Shown in pieces: positions 12,555-26,937 of a DNA stretch of 64,000 nt; position 1 is the stretch's first letter, and every line of letters begins with the position of its first letter. The notes under the pieces were generated by a model that saw only the letters and a program-made list of their open reading frames with translations, made no database searches and was not told where the DNA came from. The DNA is from Octopus vulgaris (Eukaryota). The stretch is taken from positions 16,492,001 through 16,556,000 of the forward strand of contig OX597829.1 of the NCBI GenBank assembly GCA_951406725.2. The letters are read 5' to 3'. The position numbers and the translations under genes were made by a program.

Positions 12555-13296
12555 GTGAGTGAGTGCCACTAACACATAACTGCAAAAAATACATACATGA
12601 CAACACACTGCTTCACTCACTCTCTCTCTCTCACACACACACATGTCCATTTCATATACACGTACATACCGCTTTCACTCCTCTCTTTTACTTTCTGCTC
12701 TCACATTAAAGCAAATGTCACCTTTTCACTTTCTCCTCTCTTTCAATTTCTGCTCTCTTCAAAGCATAAAGAAATAAAAAAAAAATTCTAGAAATTAACG
12801 AAGAATCATATGATCTCAGGATTGACTTGACAACTTTCCTGCTTCAAACGAAAGAATGTTATAAAATAACTTCCTTTGACGTACGCATGCACACACACAT
12901 ACACACTAGGCAAAACTTCTGTATGAATTATTTTATTTCTTGCAATGTTCATGCGCAAAATTACTGCTCAAATTTCATTGAAATCACCTTTTTCTATACT
13001 GTAATTTGTGTTTGTGGTGAGTATAAATTGAAAAGGAAGTTCTCCAAGAAATCCTGTCCTTTACCTGTTGTTTCTAGCATGTCCCAGGTGACATTTGTGT
13101 CCCCACCCCCATCCAATTATTTTCCTTAATTTCTTCCGATTCCTATGATTTCAATACAGATTAGGATTTCGTCCAAAAAAACATGTTCTCAATATCTTAC
13201 TTTTCTCCCTCCTTATCCCAGTTTCTTTTCTCCCTCCTTATCTCCCTCCTTATCCCCCTCCTTATCCCAGTTTTTTTACCATTCCGAATTCTTTTA

Positions 13297-13900
13297 AAAA
13301 TAATAATAATAATGAAATTATTGTATACAATGCTCAGGTGCACCACAACTTGTCAAAAGTGCATATAAAGCACATGCAGTAATGTACAAATGTCTGGAAA
13401 GTGAACAGCGTATGAGTCAGATACATGCTTGCGTGTGTATGGAGGGGAGAAAATCAGGCGTAGTGTTGGCGAATCTCAGGAAGCATGGAAGTTTTGAAGG
13501 ATGCAGTGCTCCGACAACTAACAACTGATGCTGGCAGTTTGTTCCATACTTCAGCCACACTTAGCGTGAAAAAATGTTTCCGAAAGTCATGGGAGCTGTG
13601 CTGTTTTCTGACTTTGTAAACATGTCCACAGGTGTTAGACAGGTGGAGTTTGAAAAGGTGCTCAGAGTTATTGTTTGTAAGATGGTTAATATTTTTTTGG
13701 GTGTCTGCCAAGTCAGCTGCCAGATGTCGGAGTTTCAATGTATCCATGCCCAGGGAAGTAAGGCATTCAGAATATGGCAAGTGCCTGATGGAGGGTATTC
13801 TCTTGGCTGCATGTCACTGAATGGCTTCCAAACGATTGATATCCTGGGCAAGATAGGGGTTCCAGACTGGTGATGCAAATTCCAGGTGAGGTTGTACCAT
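13297..13900 (-). mobile_element. CR1-type LINE 3' end
   Basis: LGMDTLKLRHLAADL, TCGHVYKV, RKHFFTLSVAEVWNKLP, and a (TTA)n tail at ~13300. Confidence 0.88.
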
Positions 13901-14687
13901 AGCTATATAAAACCGCAGATAGATAGCCGGAGAGCAGCTCACAAAAGACTTGGTAATCCACGGAAAAAGGAAAACAGACAGTACGAATCTTTAAAGATTT
14001 TCTTCTTTCTTAAAGAGACACTAAATTTCTTCCCCAAACATCTACCCATCACCTCACTACTTTCAAAAAGCAACAAACTCCCAATGTTTCGCTTTTAGCT
14101 TTTTGCAAAGTGGTTAAGTTTCTTCAGAAATAATGTCATTTACCTGTTGTTTCTAGCATGTTGAGTTTTCTGGTGGTGCTCTAATATTTTTTTTTTACAT
14201 CTGCTATTTCAGTACAATTCTACGCATGTGTGAAACATCAGATGAAAGTGAATTGGATGTTTTTCACTTTAAGTTCAATCACTATTTTCATTGCAAGTTT
14301 TCATTTGCTACTTACAAACAACAACGACAAATTACTGACGGAAAGAAGTTCACAATTACTGATGAAAGTAATTTCATTCCTAATTTACTGACAGAAGTAA
14401 CTTCAAAAATTTCATTTAAATCCATGCACTTTGTCAATTTCCCTAAAAATTTCTTATTTACTTTTGCAACGGTTTTGTGTTTTTCGGTTGTTAAAGGCCT
14501 TTTTCTGGTACCTTTGATATTGGCTCACTAAGTGACAGATTTCGCTTCAACCCATACAATTCTTTATTTTTTGTAAAAATTTTTTTATTTTCTTCCTGTC
14601 GTATTAAGAAATATAATTTCCGTTACCCAGTTACTTTCATTGTTTACTATCTTCTGCACCTGTGTATTTCTGTATATGTATGTAACC

Positions 14688-14935
14688 ATGCCTAGAAGGA
14701 AAGTGTCGAATTTGTCTACAATGTCAAGATTAGCCAAAAGAATGTCTCTGTCCAGGGAAAGAGAGACAGCTGCAGAAAGGGAAGCATGCCAAGAAATGAA
14801 CAGACTGTGCACACAAAAGCCAGAGCATCTCAAAGTGATGAACAGAGGTTTGCACAACTGACAGGAATAGGATCTCCACTGCAGAATGAAGAGCAGTGGC
14901 AACAGTTCAGGGAAGCAACTTCTATGAAGCAGCTT
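14688..14935 (+). pseudogene. Helitron RepHel N-terminal remnant (STPR-like repeats)
   Basis: MPRRKVSNLSTMSRLAKRMSLSRERETAAEREA, then frameshifted ARASQSDEQR, which resembles typical Helitron ORF starts. Confidence 0.5.
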
Positions 14936-15981
14936 TCAATTATATATATATAAAATAAATAGTAAATAATATGTATATAATAGTAAATAATATATATAAT
15001 AGTAAATAATGTATATATATATACATGCATATATGGGTATAGGACATCACCAATGGTGCAAATAACATGAAATACGTAAACAAACGAGTTAAATATGTAA
15101 ACAATGCAAAAAAGTGGAAAACAGGACAAGTAAACACAGAGAAAGGACCCTTCATTAGTTGTCGGCTGTCTATCTACTCCTCATTTTGAGCATTCAAGGA
15201 CAATATGAGTCTTCAAAAACAATTACTTCAATAAATTCTAAAATAGAATTTAGGATTTATGGAGGGTCAAAGTTGGGAACAAAAACATGACAGTTTGACA
15301 CTGGCCTAGACCCTTCCTGAGTAATGAGAAGCCTTCATGCCAAATTGGGTACAAATTGATCCAGCTGTTTGGTCATGCATAGAGGAAACACACACACACA
15401 CATACACACACTGGGAATTTTATATATCAGATCATCATCATCATTATTGAGTGAGAGTTTTTTTTATCTGGTATTTCAGTATTTCAGAAAAATCAGTGAA
15501 TAACAGATTTCCTTGAAACATTTCCTGAGGAAGAGGTCCTAACAAATATCAAAATATCAGGTAAAACTATCAACTATTATTATTTTATAACTTCCATTGT
15601 TTTGGCATTGAAAAAAGATATATAATCAAAAATCATTGATGCACATACGGAGAGCCCTTAAATTGTCCCCTGAATGGGAAATGCAATACAAAAAATGTTG
15701 TCTACAAATGCAAAAATTATTTGTTTTGACACATAACAACAGAAAACTTTTTACATTGAATCTGCTGATTTAATAAAAAAAATGAAAGTTCTGCTCATAC
15801 AAAAATTCTTTTTCTCTCCCTTAACTCCATAAATTACACATACATATATGCATAAGCACACACACACACACACACACAGAAGATTTCTGTGTAGATCCTG
15901 TTGCATGTAATTCATAAATTTTTGGTCGACCAAATTTACAGGAGGAAAGCTATGTACAGTACATGGTTCAGTAGAGTGGTA

Positions 15982-16112
15982 TTAATCCTTTAGCATTTAA
16001 ACCAGCCATATCTGGTTCAAATATTGTATTGCATTTCCCATTCAGGGGACAATTTATATTCAATCTGGCCAGATCAGACCTTTCACTATCTGACCTACAA
16101 TGTTATCCTAAA
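15982..16112. mobile_element. piggyBac-like MITE family (TTAA/CCCTTTAGCATT ends), fragment
   Basis: Other copies at ~39963-40196, 50602-50826, 51627-51785 and 59632-60102 (the last interrupted by an RTE tail). Confidence 0.6.
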
Positions 16113-16140
16113 ACTGTGCAGTCATGTCGTTGCAATTGCG

Positions 16141-16880
16141 AAGCAACACAACAACCAAGCAACACACCAGCCAAACAACACAACAGCCAAGCAACACACC
16201 AGCCAAGCAACAAAACAGCCAAGCAACACAACAGCTAAGCATCGCAACAACCAAGCAACACAACACCCAAGCAACACAACAACCAAGCAACACAACACCC
16301 AAGCAACACAACAGCCAAGCAACATAACAACCAAGCAATACAACAACCAAGCAATACAACAGCCAAGCAACACAACACCCAAGCAACACAACAGCCAAGC
16401 AACATAACAACCAAGCAATACAACAACCAAGCAATACAACAGCCAAGCAACACAACAACCAAGCAACACAACAGCAAATCACCACACCAGCCAAGCAACA
16501 CAACAGCCTAGCAATACACCAGCCAAATAACACAACAACCAAGCAACAAAACAACCAAGCAACACAACAGCCAAGCAACACAACAACCAAGCAACAAAAC
16601 AACCAAGCAACACAACAACCAAGCAATACAACAGCCAAGCAACACAACAACCAAGCAACACAACAGCCAAGCAACATAACAACCAAGCAATACAACAACC
16701 AAGCAATACAACAGCCAAGCAACACAACAGCCTAGCAATACAACAGCCAAGCAACACAACAACCAAGCAACACACCATCCAAGCAATAAAACAACCAAGC
16801 AACACAACAACCAAGCAACACAACAGCCAAGCAATACACCAGCCAAGTAACACAACAGCCAAGTAGCACACCAAAGAAGC
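16141..16880 (+). repeat. 16-bp minisatellite AAGCAAYACAACARCC, ~46 units
   Basis: Direct tandem periodicity. Confidence 0.95.
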
Positions 16881-17147
16881 AACCAGCTAACACACTATCT
16901 AACCAACATAGCTAACCATCACACCAGTAAACCAACCAACCAACCAAGCATGTAACAACCCTCACTCACCCATTTACCAACCCACCCATTCTAACTCACC
17001 AGCTAACCCATCCCTAAACCAAAAGACAAACAAAATATCAAAGTAATTTTTTTTGGTCTTTTATTTCATGCACTTTAAGGGAAGACATACTTGAGGCAAG
17101 TAATTCAGTGATTGACTTCTGGTATCAGAGGCTTATTACGTCAAAAG

Positions 17148-17351
17148 AGCTGCTGCTGCTGCTGCCACTGCTGCTGCTGCTACTACTGCTGCTGCTGCTG
17201 CTTCTGTTTTTATTACTGCCACTGGTGTTGTTTTTGTTATTGTGGCTGTTGCTGCTGCTGCTGTTGTTGTTGTTGTTGTTGTTATTGTGGCTGCTTGATG
17301 TTGCTGTTGCTGCTGCTGCTGCCGTTGTTGTTGTTACTGCTGCTGCTGCTA
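17148..17351 (+). repeat. Compound (GCT)n/(GTT)n trinucleotide repeat
   Basis: Direct reading. Confidence 0.9.
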
Positions 17352-17606
17352 ACCATAATTTGTGTCACGCTTACTCACTAATTAGTACAGCCAAGTAAAG
17401 TTAGCTATGTGGAACGTAATTAGTTATAGGTGCAGGTTTGGCTGTGTGGTAAGATATTTCTATCACAAACACATGGTTTTTAGGCTCAATCCCACTGTAT
17501 GGCACCTTGGGTAAATGTTTTCTATAGCCCTGAGCAGACCAAAGCCTTGTGAGTGAATTTAGTAGAGAGAAAATGAAACATGCGCATCGTACATTTCTAT
17601 ATCTAC

Positions 17607-17638
<32 letters not shown>

Positions 17639-17639
17639 A

Positions 17640-20487
17640 TGCATGAAAAGCAACAAAGAACGGACCAACCCAACCAAACAACACCACCACCTGCGCCAAG
17701 AACAGAATCATCACCACCAACAACAACTAAACCAATTCCAACACCGAGAACAACAACGAAGAAGACAAGCACCAAGGATGTAGGAGAGACAATCACCACA
17801 CCAAACCCCCCAGCAACACACCCCGCACACTACAACCGCACAAACAGACCCAGATGCTTTACCCTTGCCCCCTGCTGATTCGTCAGACTTTTCATCTCAC
17901 GATGAAAGTTCGACAGAATGGCAAATAGCCACCGGGGATAAAAGAAAAAGATAAAAAGAAAACAAACAAGAAAACGCAACCAAAGCAGGGAGATAACTGA
18001 ACCCTGAAAGCTCCATACACAACCAAACAAGCACCAACACCACAAAAACACACACAATGCTATCAGCGATAGACACAAAAGACTCCAAACTAATGGAGTA
18101 CATCACAGCCCACACAAACATCTGTGAAGATGACTTCAAAACTAACAACCATCCACGCACTACACCACCCAAACACATCAAAATACTATACATCACACAG
18201 ACAGAACACCACACACTCAAAGCCCTCTTTCCAAATGCTCAATTCAGACCTGAAAATTTTGACAAAGGTGTTAGCCAAGAGGTTGGCGCTTGTCATCGAG
18301 AAACTGGTCGATAACGCATAAACGTGCGCCATGCCGGGCCGGAGCATCCATGACAACCTCCATCTAAAGCGCTACATCATAGACAGAGTAGTTAAGGAAC
18401 CTGGCATGGGTGGGGTCCTGATCAACTTGGATCAATCGAAAGCCTTCGATAGGGTAGACCATCGATACTTGGAGGCAGTCCTGAGAGCGGCTGGTTTCGG
18501 TCCCGTCTTCCGCGGCTGGATAGCTGCCTTGTACAGAGGCATCCGTTCGGTAATTCGCGTAAATGGACATCTATCGAGACCTTTCGACATTGCACGTTCG
18601 GTCCGTCAGGGATGCCCCCTCTCGGCGTTTCTATACGTATTGACTCTTGAGCCACTACTGCGGAAGCTGGCGACTCTGCGGAGCATCCCGCGAGAATTGG
18701 GATGCGGGACGAGCGTGTCTGCATACGCAGACGACGTCACCGTCATAGTGTCGAGCCACGAGCACATCGAGCTAGTCAGCGAGACACTGAAAGACTACGA
18801 AGCGGTGACAGGAGCAAAAATCAACCGGGAAAAGTCAGTGGGCTTGCGGCTCGGCACCTGGAGAAGCAAGCCCATGCCGTCCACCAGTACCTCCGTCGTG
18901 GGACGCTGGACAGACGGCCCGGTCGAGTTGCTCGGGGTCTGGTTCGGTCCGGACCTCCAAATGGAGAAGAACTGGAACGAGATAACGAGTAGGGTGGTCA
19001 CTCTCGCCCAGCAATGGGCCGAGAGGAAACTGTCCGTAAAAGGTCGGGCGGAGGTGGCGAACACGTACATCGCGTCCATCATCTACTACCGCCTGACCGT
19101 CATACCTTGTCCCGACCCTACCATCACCAAACTAGAACGCATTCTCTTCCGTTTCTTGTGGAAAGGATGCGTCCCGATGGTCAGGCGATCCATTTGCTGT
19201 CAACACCCATTAAAAGGAGGGCTGGGTATGCCATGGTTGATGATGCGCAGAAACGCGCTGAGACTGCGACATCTCCGGCTCTATGTAGACGACGGTGAAC
19301 AGGTGTGGTCGCCGTTTGTGAGGCACGCGTTCCCGCAGCTCGTCTCCATGACCGAACTGCAGTCGTGGATCAAAAACAGGCCGAGGAAGGGCGAATGGCA
19401 CCGCGAGTGTTGCGTTGCTCTCAAGCAACTCTGCCGTCCCGGGTCGACCTTGAGTGACTTCAACACAACCAAAGCATTCTATAGGGGATTAGTGGAGGCG
19501 AGGTACGACGACGATCTTGGGGCAAACCTGGGCGTCGACGAGGAATACCTGACCTGCCTATTTGAAACGACTTTCGGCCCGGGACCTATGGACAACTTCC
19601 AGAGATCCCTGGCCTGGTGGTGCTACCGAGAAGCGTTACCCGTTCGGGATAAACTCTATAGGCATGGCTCGAGAAACACGGGCCGACCTGCCCGAGATGC
19701 GGGCAGAGCGACGAAACCGCTCTGCACGCAATCGTGCAGTGTCCAACAATCTCCGACCTGTGGGCTTATGTCGAACGACTGGTGTCACGTGTGGGACGTG
19801 TCGGTTTATCAGCCGAGTCTATCGTTAATATCGTCACGCCTCCTTCCTTCAAACGGGAAGGAAGAGCTATTTTTATCATACTTGTGGCTATGGCGAAAGA
19901 ATGTATCTGGTTGACGCGCCTGAAAGGATTAGAGACAAACACTTTCCTCTCTGGTCAATCTCTCATCAACTTTTTCAAGTATCACTTGAAGAGGAAAGTG
20001 AGAGTAGAGAGGCAAGTTTTGTCTAGTGAATGCTTTAAAAAAAGATGGGTGAATGTAGCAAGGATGGCACGTATGAATGACGAAGCCACCTTGACTATGA
20101 TTCTATGAACCGCAAAAATTAATACAGAGAGTTGCTTATTTGCAAAAAAAAAAAAGAAATATAACATGTGACTTCATTGACCGAGGTTACCGTGGTCTTT
20201 TCCGTAGGCATTTCTTTCCACGGGTAAACCTCACCTGTCCTCCCCTTTACACTTCATATTGACATTTCTGTGATAACGATCCCTATTGATCAATTTTTTT
20301 TCCTTTCCCTTCCCCCCCTTTTTTAATTTTTAATTTTTTATTTTATCCTCTCCTTTTTTGTCCTCTTTTCTTTCCTTTTACGATCCCTTTTGATCGAAAA
20401 CCAAACCCCCTTTTTACCCCCAAAAGAAAAGCTCTACCTTGTAATTTGTTCTGTCTGTGTGCAGCCCTGTGTGGCTAATAAAGAAAC
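17640..20487 (+). mobile_element. Tx1-clade (L1 group) LINE, internally deleted, inserted in (TATC)n
   Basis: An ORF1-like C/A-rich remnant is fused directly to RT (LNSDLKILTKVLAKRL) with no endonuclease domain. The 3' UTR ends CTAATAAAGAAACA, and (TATC)n lies on both flanks. Confidence 0.9.
18234..20108 (+). pseudogene. Tx1-type ORF2 reverse transcriptase and C-terminal zinc knuckle (one stop, one frameshift near 19680)
   Basis: LDQSKAFDRVDH, SVRQGCPLS, AYADDVTV, KGGLGMP and CPRCGQSDETALHAIVQC. GC-rich relative to the flanks. Confidence 0.92.
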
Positions 20488-20488
20488 A

Positions 20489-20538
<50 letters not shown>

Positions 20539-20566
20539 ACTATCTATCTATATCTATATATCTACG

Positions 20567-20606
<40 letters not shown>

Positions 20607-20704
20607 ACTATCTATCTATATCTATATATCTACGTTTATCTATCTATCTATCTAGCTAGCTAGCTATCTCTCTATCTATCTGTCTATTTATCTATCTATC
20701 TATT

Positions 20705-20834
20705 TATTCCCTTTTACAATCCCTTTTGATCGAAAACCTACCCCACCTTTTTTTTTCTCTCTCCAAAAAAGAAAAGCTCTACTTTGTAATCTGTCCCGTC
20801 TGTGTGCAGCCCTGTGTGGCTAATAAAGAAACAT
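20705..20834 (+). mobile_element. Second Tx1 3'-end fragment in the same TATC tract
   Basis: Repeats 20372-20487 (ATCCCTTTTGATCGAAAA...GTGGCTAATAAAGAAACA). Confidence 0.85.
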
Positions 20835-20844
20835 CTATTTATCT

Positions 20845-21250
20845 ATCAAATGATAACAAAGGAGATCTACTGCAAACAGCTTGAGTAGCCTAAGTCAGCA
20901 CTAGAAGAAAAACGACCGTCTTTGGTTTCAAGATGAAAAGTGTTCTTCCATCAGGATAATGCTCAGCTACATACAGGAACGATGACATTCCAAAGGCTGG
21001 AGCATTATGGGAAATGATGCCCCACCCACCATATTTGCTGGACATTGCCCCATTTGATTATCATTTATTCTATAGTCTTCAAAACAATTTGGACGGAAAA
21101 AATATGAATTCCATAGATGAGGTCAGAACTGTACTGGATGAGTATTTTTTGTCCAAGGACAAGTGAATTTTGGAAGCGGGATCTTGCAAGTCCACCAGAT
21201 AGATGGAAGAGCATTGTAGAAAATGAAGGAGAGTATATTTTAGATTAAAA
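20845..21250 (+). pseudogene. mariner (DD34D) transposase C-terminal fragment
   Basis: FHQDNA, HPPYLLDIAPFDYHLF, RWKSIVENEGEYILD. Confidence 0.85.
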
Positions 21251-21550
21251 AACAACTTTGTTTATCTTAATTTTGAAATTTGTTCACCTAGATAATAAAA
21301 ACTATCTAATACATTTAATCCCCACTGTCTCCAGATATAGTACATAATTTTCATTAATATATACACAGGAACAGATCTTGGTGTGTGTTAAGACGTTTGC
21401 TTACCAACCACATGGTGCCGCATTCAGCCCCACATTGTGGAATCTTGAGCAAGTATATTCTAACACAGCCCTGAATCAACAAAGCCTTATGAGTGGATTT
21501 GGTTGATGGAAATTGAAAGAAACCCATTGCATGTCATTGTGTATGAATGA

Positions 21551-21581
<31 letters not shown>

Positions 21582-21585
<4 letters not shown>

Positions 21586-22138
21586 AAAGTAAGATAGGGG
21601 TTATGGGTGTAACCCACTATGGGATATCAATTATCCAATATACTGGTGGTAAAGTACCCAAATTCTTAATACATAAATGTTTTTAATTGCAATGCAATTA
21701 ATTCATTTATTGTATTAAACAGGTGAAAGTAAAGAAATATTTTTACCGTAAATTTATAATACAAATAAGAAAATGGAGAAACAAATTTAGTTTGTTCATC
21801 AACTTTCGGATATTAGAATGTAAGATTATTTATTCATTTTACAAATGAGAACATCAAAAGCATACAAAATATTATATAAATCAATAGATAAGATAATAAT
21901 ACAAATACAGATTTTAAAAGTCATAGTATAAATTAATGAAACCCTAATAATTACTTCTTACAGCTGTTTCAGCCTATGGTCAAAAGTGAATCCAATTTTC
22001 ATTGCTTATAGATGTCAACATATTAGGGTTGTAGACATTTAAAAAACATATCATACTTATATGTTAAAAGAACCATAGGCCTCGTCAGAGGTTATAATTA
22101 ACTTTAAAAACATGATAATAATATTAATATACTAATAT
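21582..22138 (-). mobile_element. Penelope-like terminal repeat carrying a hammerhead ribozyme
   Basis: HHR at 21948-22098(-). A related copy at 29445-29762 ends in an inverted duplication. Confidence 0.65.
21948..22098 (-). ncRNA. Type I hammerhead ribozyme with ~90-nt loop II
   Basis: CUGACGA-GGCCUAUGGU...ACCAUAGGCU-GAAA-CAGCU-GUA: 10-bp stem II and palindromic ACAGCUGU stem III. Stem I pairing is weak. Confidence 0.65.
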
Positions 22139-22480
22139 ATATCATCATCGTCATCGTTTAACGTCCACTTTCCGTGCTAGCATGGGATGAACGATTTTGA
22201 CTGAAGACTGGAGAACTAGATGGCTGTGCCAGGCTCCAATCTGATCTGGCAGAGTTTCTACAGCTGAATGCCCTTCCTGACACCAACCACTCTGAGAGTG
22301 TAGTGGGTGCTTTTTATGTGCCACCTGCACAGGAGCAAGTCCAGCAGCACTGGCTATGACCTCACTCGAATGTTTTTTCATATGCCACCAGCACAAGTGC
22401 CAGTGAGGTGATGCAGGTAACGATCATGCTCGAATGGTGCTTTTTACATGCCAACGGCACAAATATATATATAAGTATAT

Positions 22481-22511
<31 letters not shown>

Positions 22512-22729
22512 GTTAATCCAAACATATATATAAAATAAGAATAGGGATCAAAGAATCAAACACAGCTCACAGCAAGTGTTACTTATGTTACTGACACAGA
22601 TTATGAAACAGCTGTTAACTAGTGCTCGCAGGGCAGTACCCCAGCATAGCTGCAGGCAGTCTAATGACTGAAACAAGTAAAAGATTATAGAACAAACATC
22701 TATTCTCTCACTACACTTCAATATGCATG

Positions 22730-22762
<33 letters not shown>

Positions 22763-23103
22763 ACCTTTGTGTTTACCCCCTCCCCAATCAGGTTTCACAT
22801 CTGGTGTTAATTTGTTTACATCCCTTCAACTTTGCAATTCAGCAAAGGAAAATGATATAACAAGTACCAGATTTTGAAAATAAACACTAAGGTAGATTTT
22901 TCAAGTCAGTGCTTCAGCCATTGACTGAAATAAGTAAAAAAAATAAAAGATAAAAAGCTAGTTACAACACACATAATCACTCACTCTCACACACACATGC
23001 ACTGACATTTATTCCCATGCATTAGATACATTAGATTACATACTTTTGTCATAAACTTTATTGTGTATTTCTGTTTTAATTTTTGTTCAACAAAATACAT
23101 GCA

Positions 23104-23137
<34 letters not shown>

Positions 23138-23343
23138 CCATGCACACACATCCATGCACAAACATTTGTGTATATGCACACATATAATCCTTTCTGTCAA
23201 TGAGCGTAGGCTTGAAATGTCAAAGAGTTTTCCGTTCTTCTCGAACATTAAATTAATACACCTGCTTTTTGTTCTCTCACCTTTGTCTTTTGTTTTTTCC
23301 ATATATATTTATATATATATGTATGTATATATATAGAGAGAGA

Positions 23344-24090
<747 letters not shown>

Positions 24091-24489
24091 TTCTTTTTTT
24101 TTCTCTTTTTCTTGTTTCAGTCATTTGACTGCGGCCATGCTGGAGCACCGCCTTTAGTCGCGCAAATCGACCCCGGGACTTATTCTTTGTAAGCCCAGTA
24201 CTTATTTTATCGGTCTCTTTTGCCGAACCGCTAAGTGGCGGGGACGTAAACACACCGGCATCGGTCGTCAAGCAATGCTAAGGGGACAAACACAGACACA
24301 CAAACACATACATATATATACATATATACGACAGGCTTCTTTCAGTTTCCGTCTACCAAATCCACTCACAAGGCATTGGTCGGCCCGGGGCTATAGCAGA
24401 AGACACTTGCCCAAGATGCCATGCAGTGGGACTGAACCCGGAACCATGTGGTTGGTTAGCAAGCTACTTACCACACAGCCACTCCTGCG

Positions 24490-24532
<43 letters not shown>

Positions 24533-24594
24533 GTATATATATATATATATATTATATATATATATCTGTGTATATATATATATATGTGTGTGTG

Positions 24595-24633
<39 letters not shown>

Positions 24634-25061
24634 ATATAGAGAGACAGACAGACAGAAATGAAAGATCCAAGGATCAAAGTGCAGGAAGGAAGTGAGCTCC
24701 AATCAATCCGTAGATAATAAAAGGAAAACAGCTTTCAGGAACAATAGTCGTTTATTGAGGTGGAAGGTTGCGAATTTTTCCCATCACCATAGGCAACCAG
24801 GGTCACCAGGTATGTGAATAAGAATACAAGAGTTAAGGAATGGAGTAGATAAAATCTGAACTACATATGTTTAATAGTGAGTGGAACCTTGGAAGTGGTA
24901 AATATCCAAGCGAGGTGTATACCACAGGCTACTCTTCAGACCAAGGGTATCTTGTTTATATGAAGATTACTTTGTTGCCAACCACTTCTGACATTCTCTG
25001 GAAGTATGGTAAGGAGCCAAATCTTGCTGCCACACATATGGTCTTCCACCAACACCCTTCA

Positions 25062-25455
25062 CATCAGAGCTTGACCACAAACTATAACTTCACTTAACTG
25101 TCTGAACTGAGCTTGAGGCCCTGTTCTTCAGTTGTTAAATTAATTCCACTGTTTAGACACGGTCAGACTGTCTGCTATGTCCCTTCCTGTTGGCCATAGC
25201 TGCTTTGTTGTCTCCATTGCAGCTGTCCATGTCATGTCTTACTTTCCTTACAATGTTCACAGAGCATTGACCACAAACTATAATAACTTCACATAACTGT
25301 CTGAACTGAGCTTGAGGCCCTGTTCTTCAGTTGTTAAATTAATTCCACTGTGTGGACACGGTCAGACTGTCTGCTGTGTACCTTCCTGTTGGCCATAGCT
25401 GCTTTGTTCTCTCCATTGCAGCTGTCCATTGCAGTGTTCACAGAGCATTGACCAA
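25062..25455 (-). repeat. Tandem duplication (~195 bp) of a maT transposase N-terminal fragment
   Basis: ACTGTCTGAACTGAGCTTGAGGCCCTGTTCTTCAG occurs twice and is homologous to 4630-4670 and 5010-5075. Confidence 0.7.
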
Positions 25456-25815
25456 CAGTCGTGATGGTGACATTATGATAGCCAGCATAATGAATCCACA
25501 TGATTCCTGGTGAATTTATGCAGCCTCTAGACATATTCACAATCTCAAAATAAAGAAAAATGTATTAGATTTAATATTCAAGTCAATGTAAGTCGAGTAT
25601 TTTCTATGGAAATATATTTTATCATATATTTGTTATACAAAAAGAGAAAAGTAATGATTCTGTATAACTTGAGAATCTGGTGTGATAAAATGAATAAAAA
25701 GAAGCATGAATCATTATTTTTCGTATATATTTTGAAAAAAAAAATACCACAGAGTCAATAAAAAAATTTATACAGACCAGCATTATCTGGACAGATACTG
25801 TGGTAGCTCTCAGTT

Positions 25816-25848
<33 letters not shown>

Positions 25849-26865
25849 GTTTAACGTCTGCTTTCCATGCTAGCATGGGTTGGACGATTCTGACCGAGGG
25901 CTGACGAACCAGATGGCTGCACCAGGCTTCAATCTTGATCTGGCAGAGTTTCTACAGCTTGATGCCCTTCCTAACGCCAACCACTCCGAGAGTGTAGTGG
26001 GTGCTTTTACGTGCCACCAGCACGGGGTCAGTCAGGCGGCACTGGCAACGACCTCACTCGAATCTTTTACTCATGCCACTTGCACAGGTGCCAGTAAGGC
26101 AATGCTGGTAACGATCACGCTCAAATGGTGTCTTTTACATGCCACTGGCACGGAGGCCAGATAGCCGCTCTGGCAACGATCACGCTGGGATGGTGCTCTT
26201 AATACCCTACTAGCATGGGCTTGAGTGCCAGTAAGGCGATGTTGGTAATGATCCCGCTTGAATGGTGCCCTTTTATGTGCCACTGGCATGGAAGCCAGTT
26301 GGCTGCTCTGGCAACAATCACGCTCGGATGGTGCTCTTGGCACCCTACTAGCACGGGCACAAGTGCCAGTAAGACGACGCTGGTAACAATCACGCTTGAA
26401 TGGTGCCCTTTAAGTTCCACTGGCACAGAAGCCGGTTACCAGCTCTGTCAATGATTACACTCGTATGGTGCTCTTTGCACCCCACTAGCACAGACACCAG
26501 TCATCAAATTTGATTTTGATTTTTGATTTTGATCTACAACTACTGGGAGTCATCACTCAAGCTGTGAATTATTCCAATGGATAATTTTGTGTTCCCTTCA
26601 CTGGATGGTTATATTATCTGGAGTGTATAATAGCAATAATTATTACAACAGAGAATATGGTGACTGGTACATCCTCAAAATTTATTTCCTTTTATTTTAT
26701 AGTTTGTCATATAGCATATTTTTATGGTCATAATGACTTATGCAGGTTTCCATTGCGTCAAATATGAGCAGCTGCATATACAACTGGCCAAAACTTTTTG
26801 TGCAGCTTCGTTCAGGGTCTTTCAGCCAGCTTAGCAGGAAGCAAACTGAGTTCGGTTAGTTGTAT

Positions 26866-26905
<40 letters not shown>

Positions 26906-26937
26906 CATGCAGGATGTATGTATATGTATATACATAA

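Noticed and set aside
16024-16882. Cys/Leu/Trp-rich membrane-like ORFs
   Set aside because: Translation of a 16-bp minisatellite whose period is not a multiple of three.
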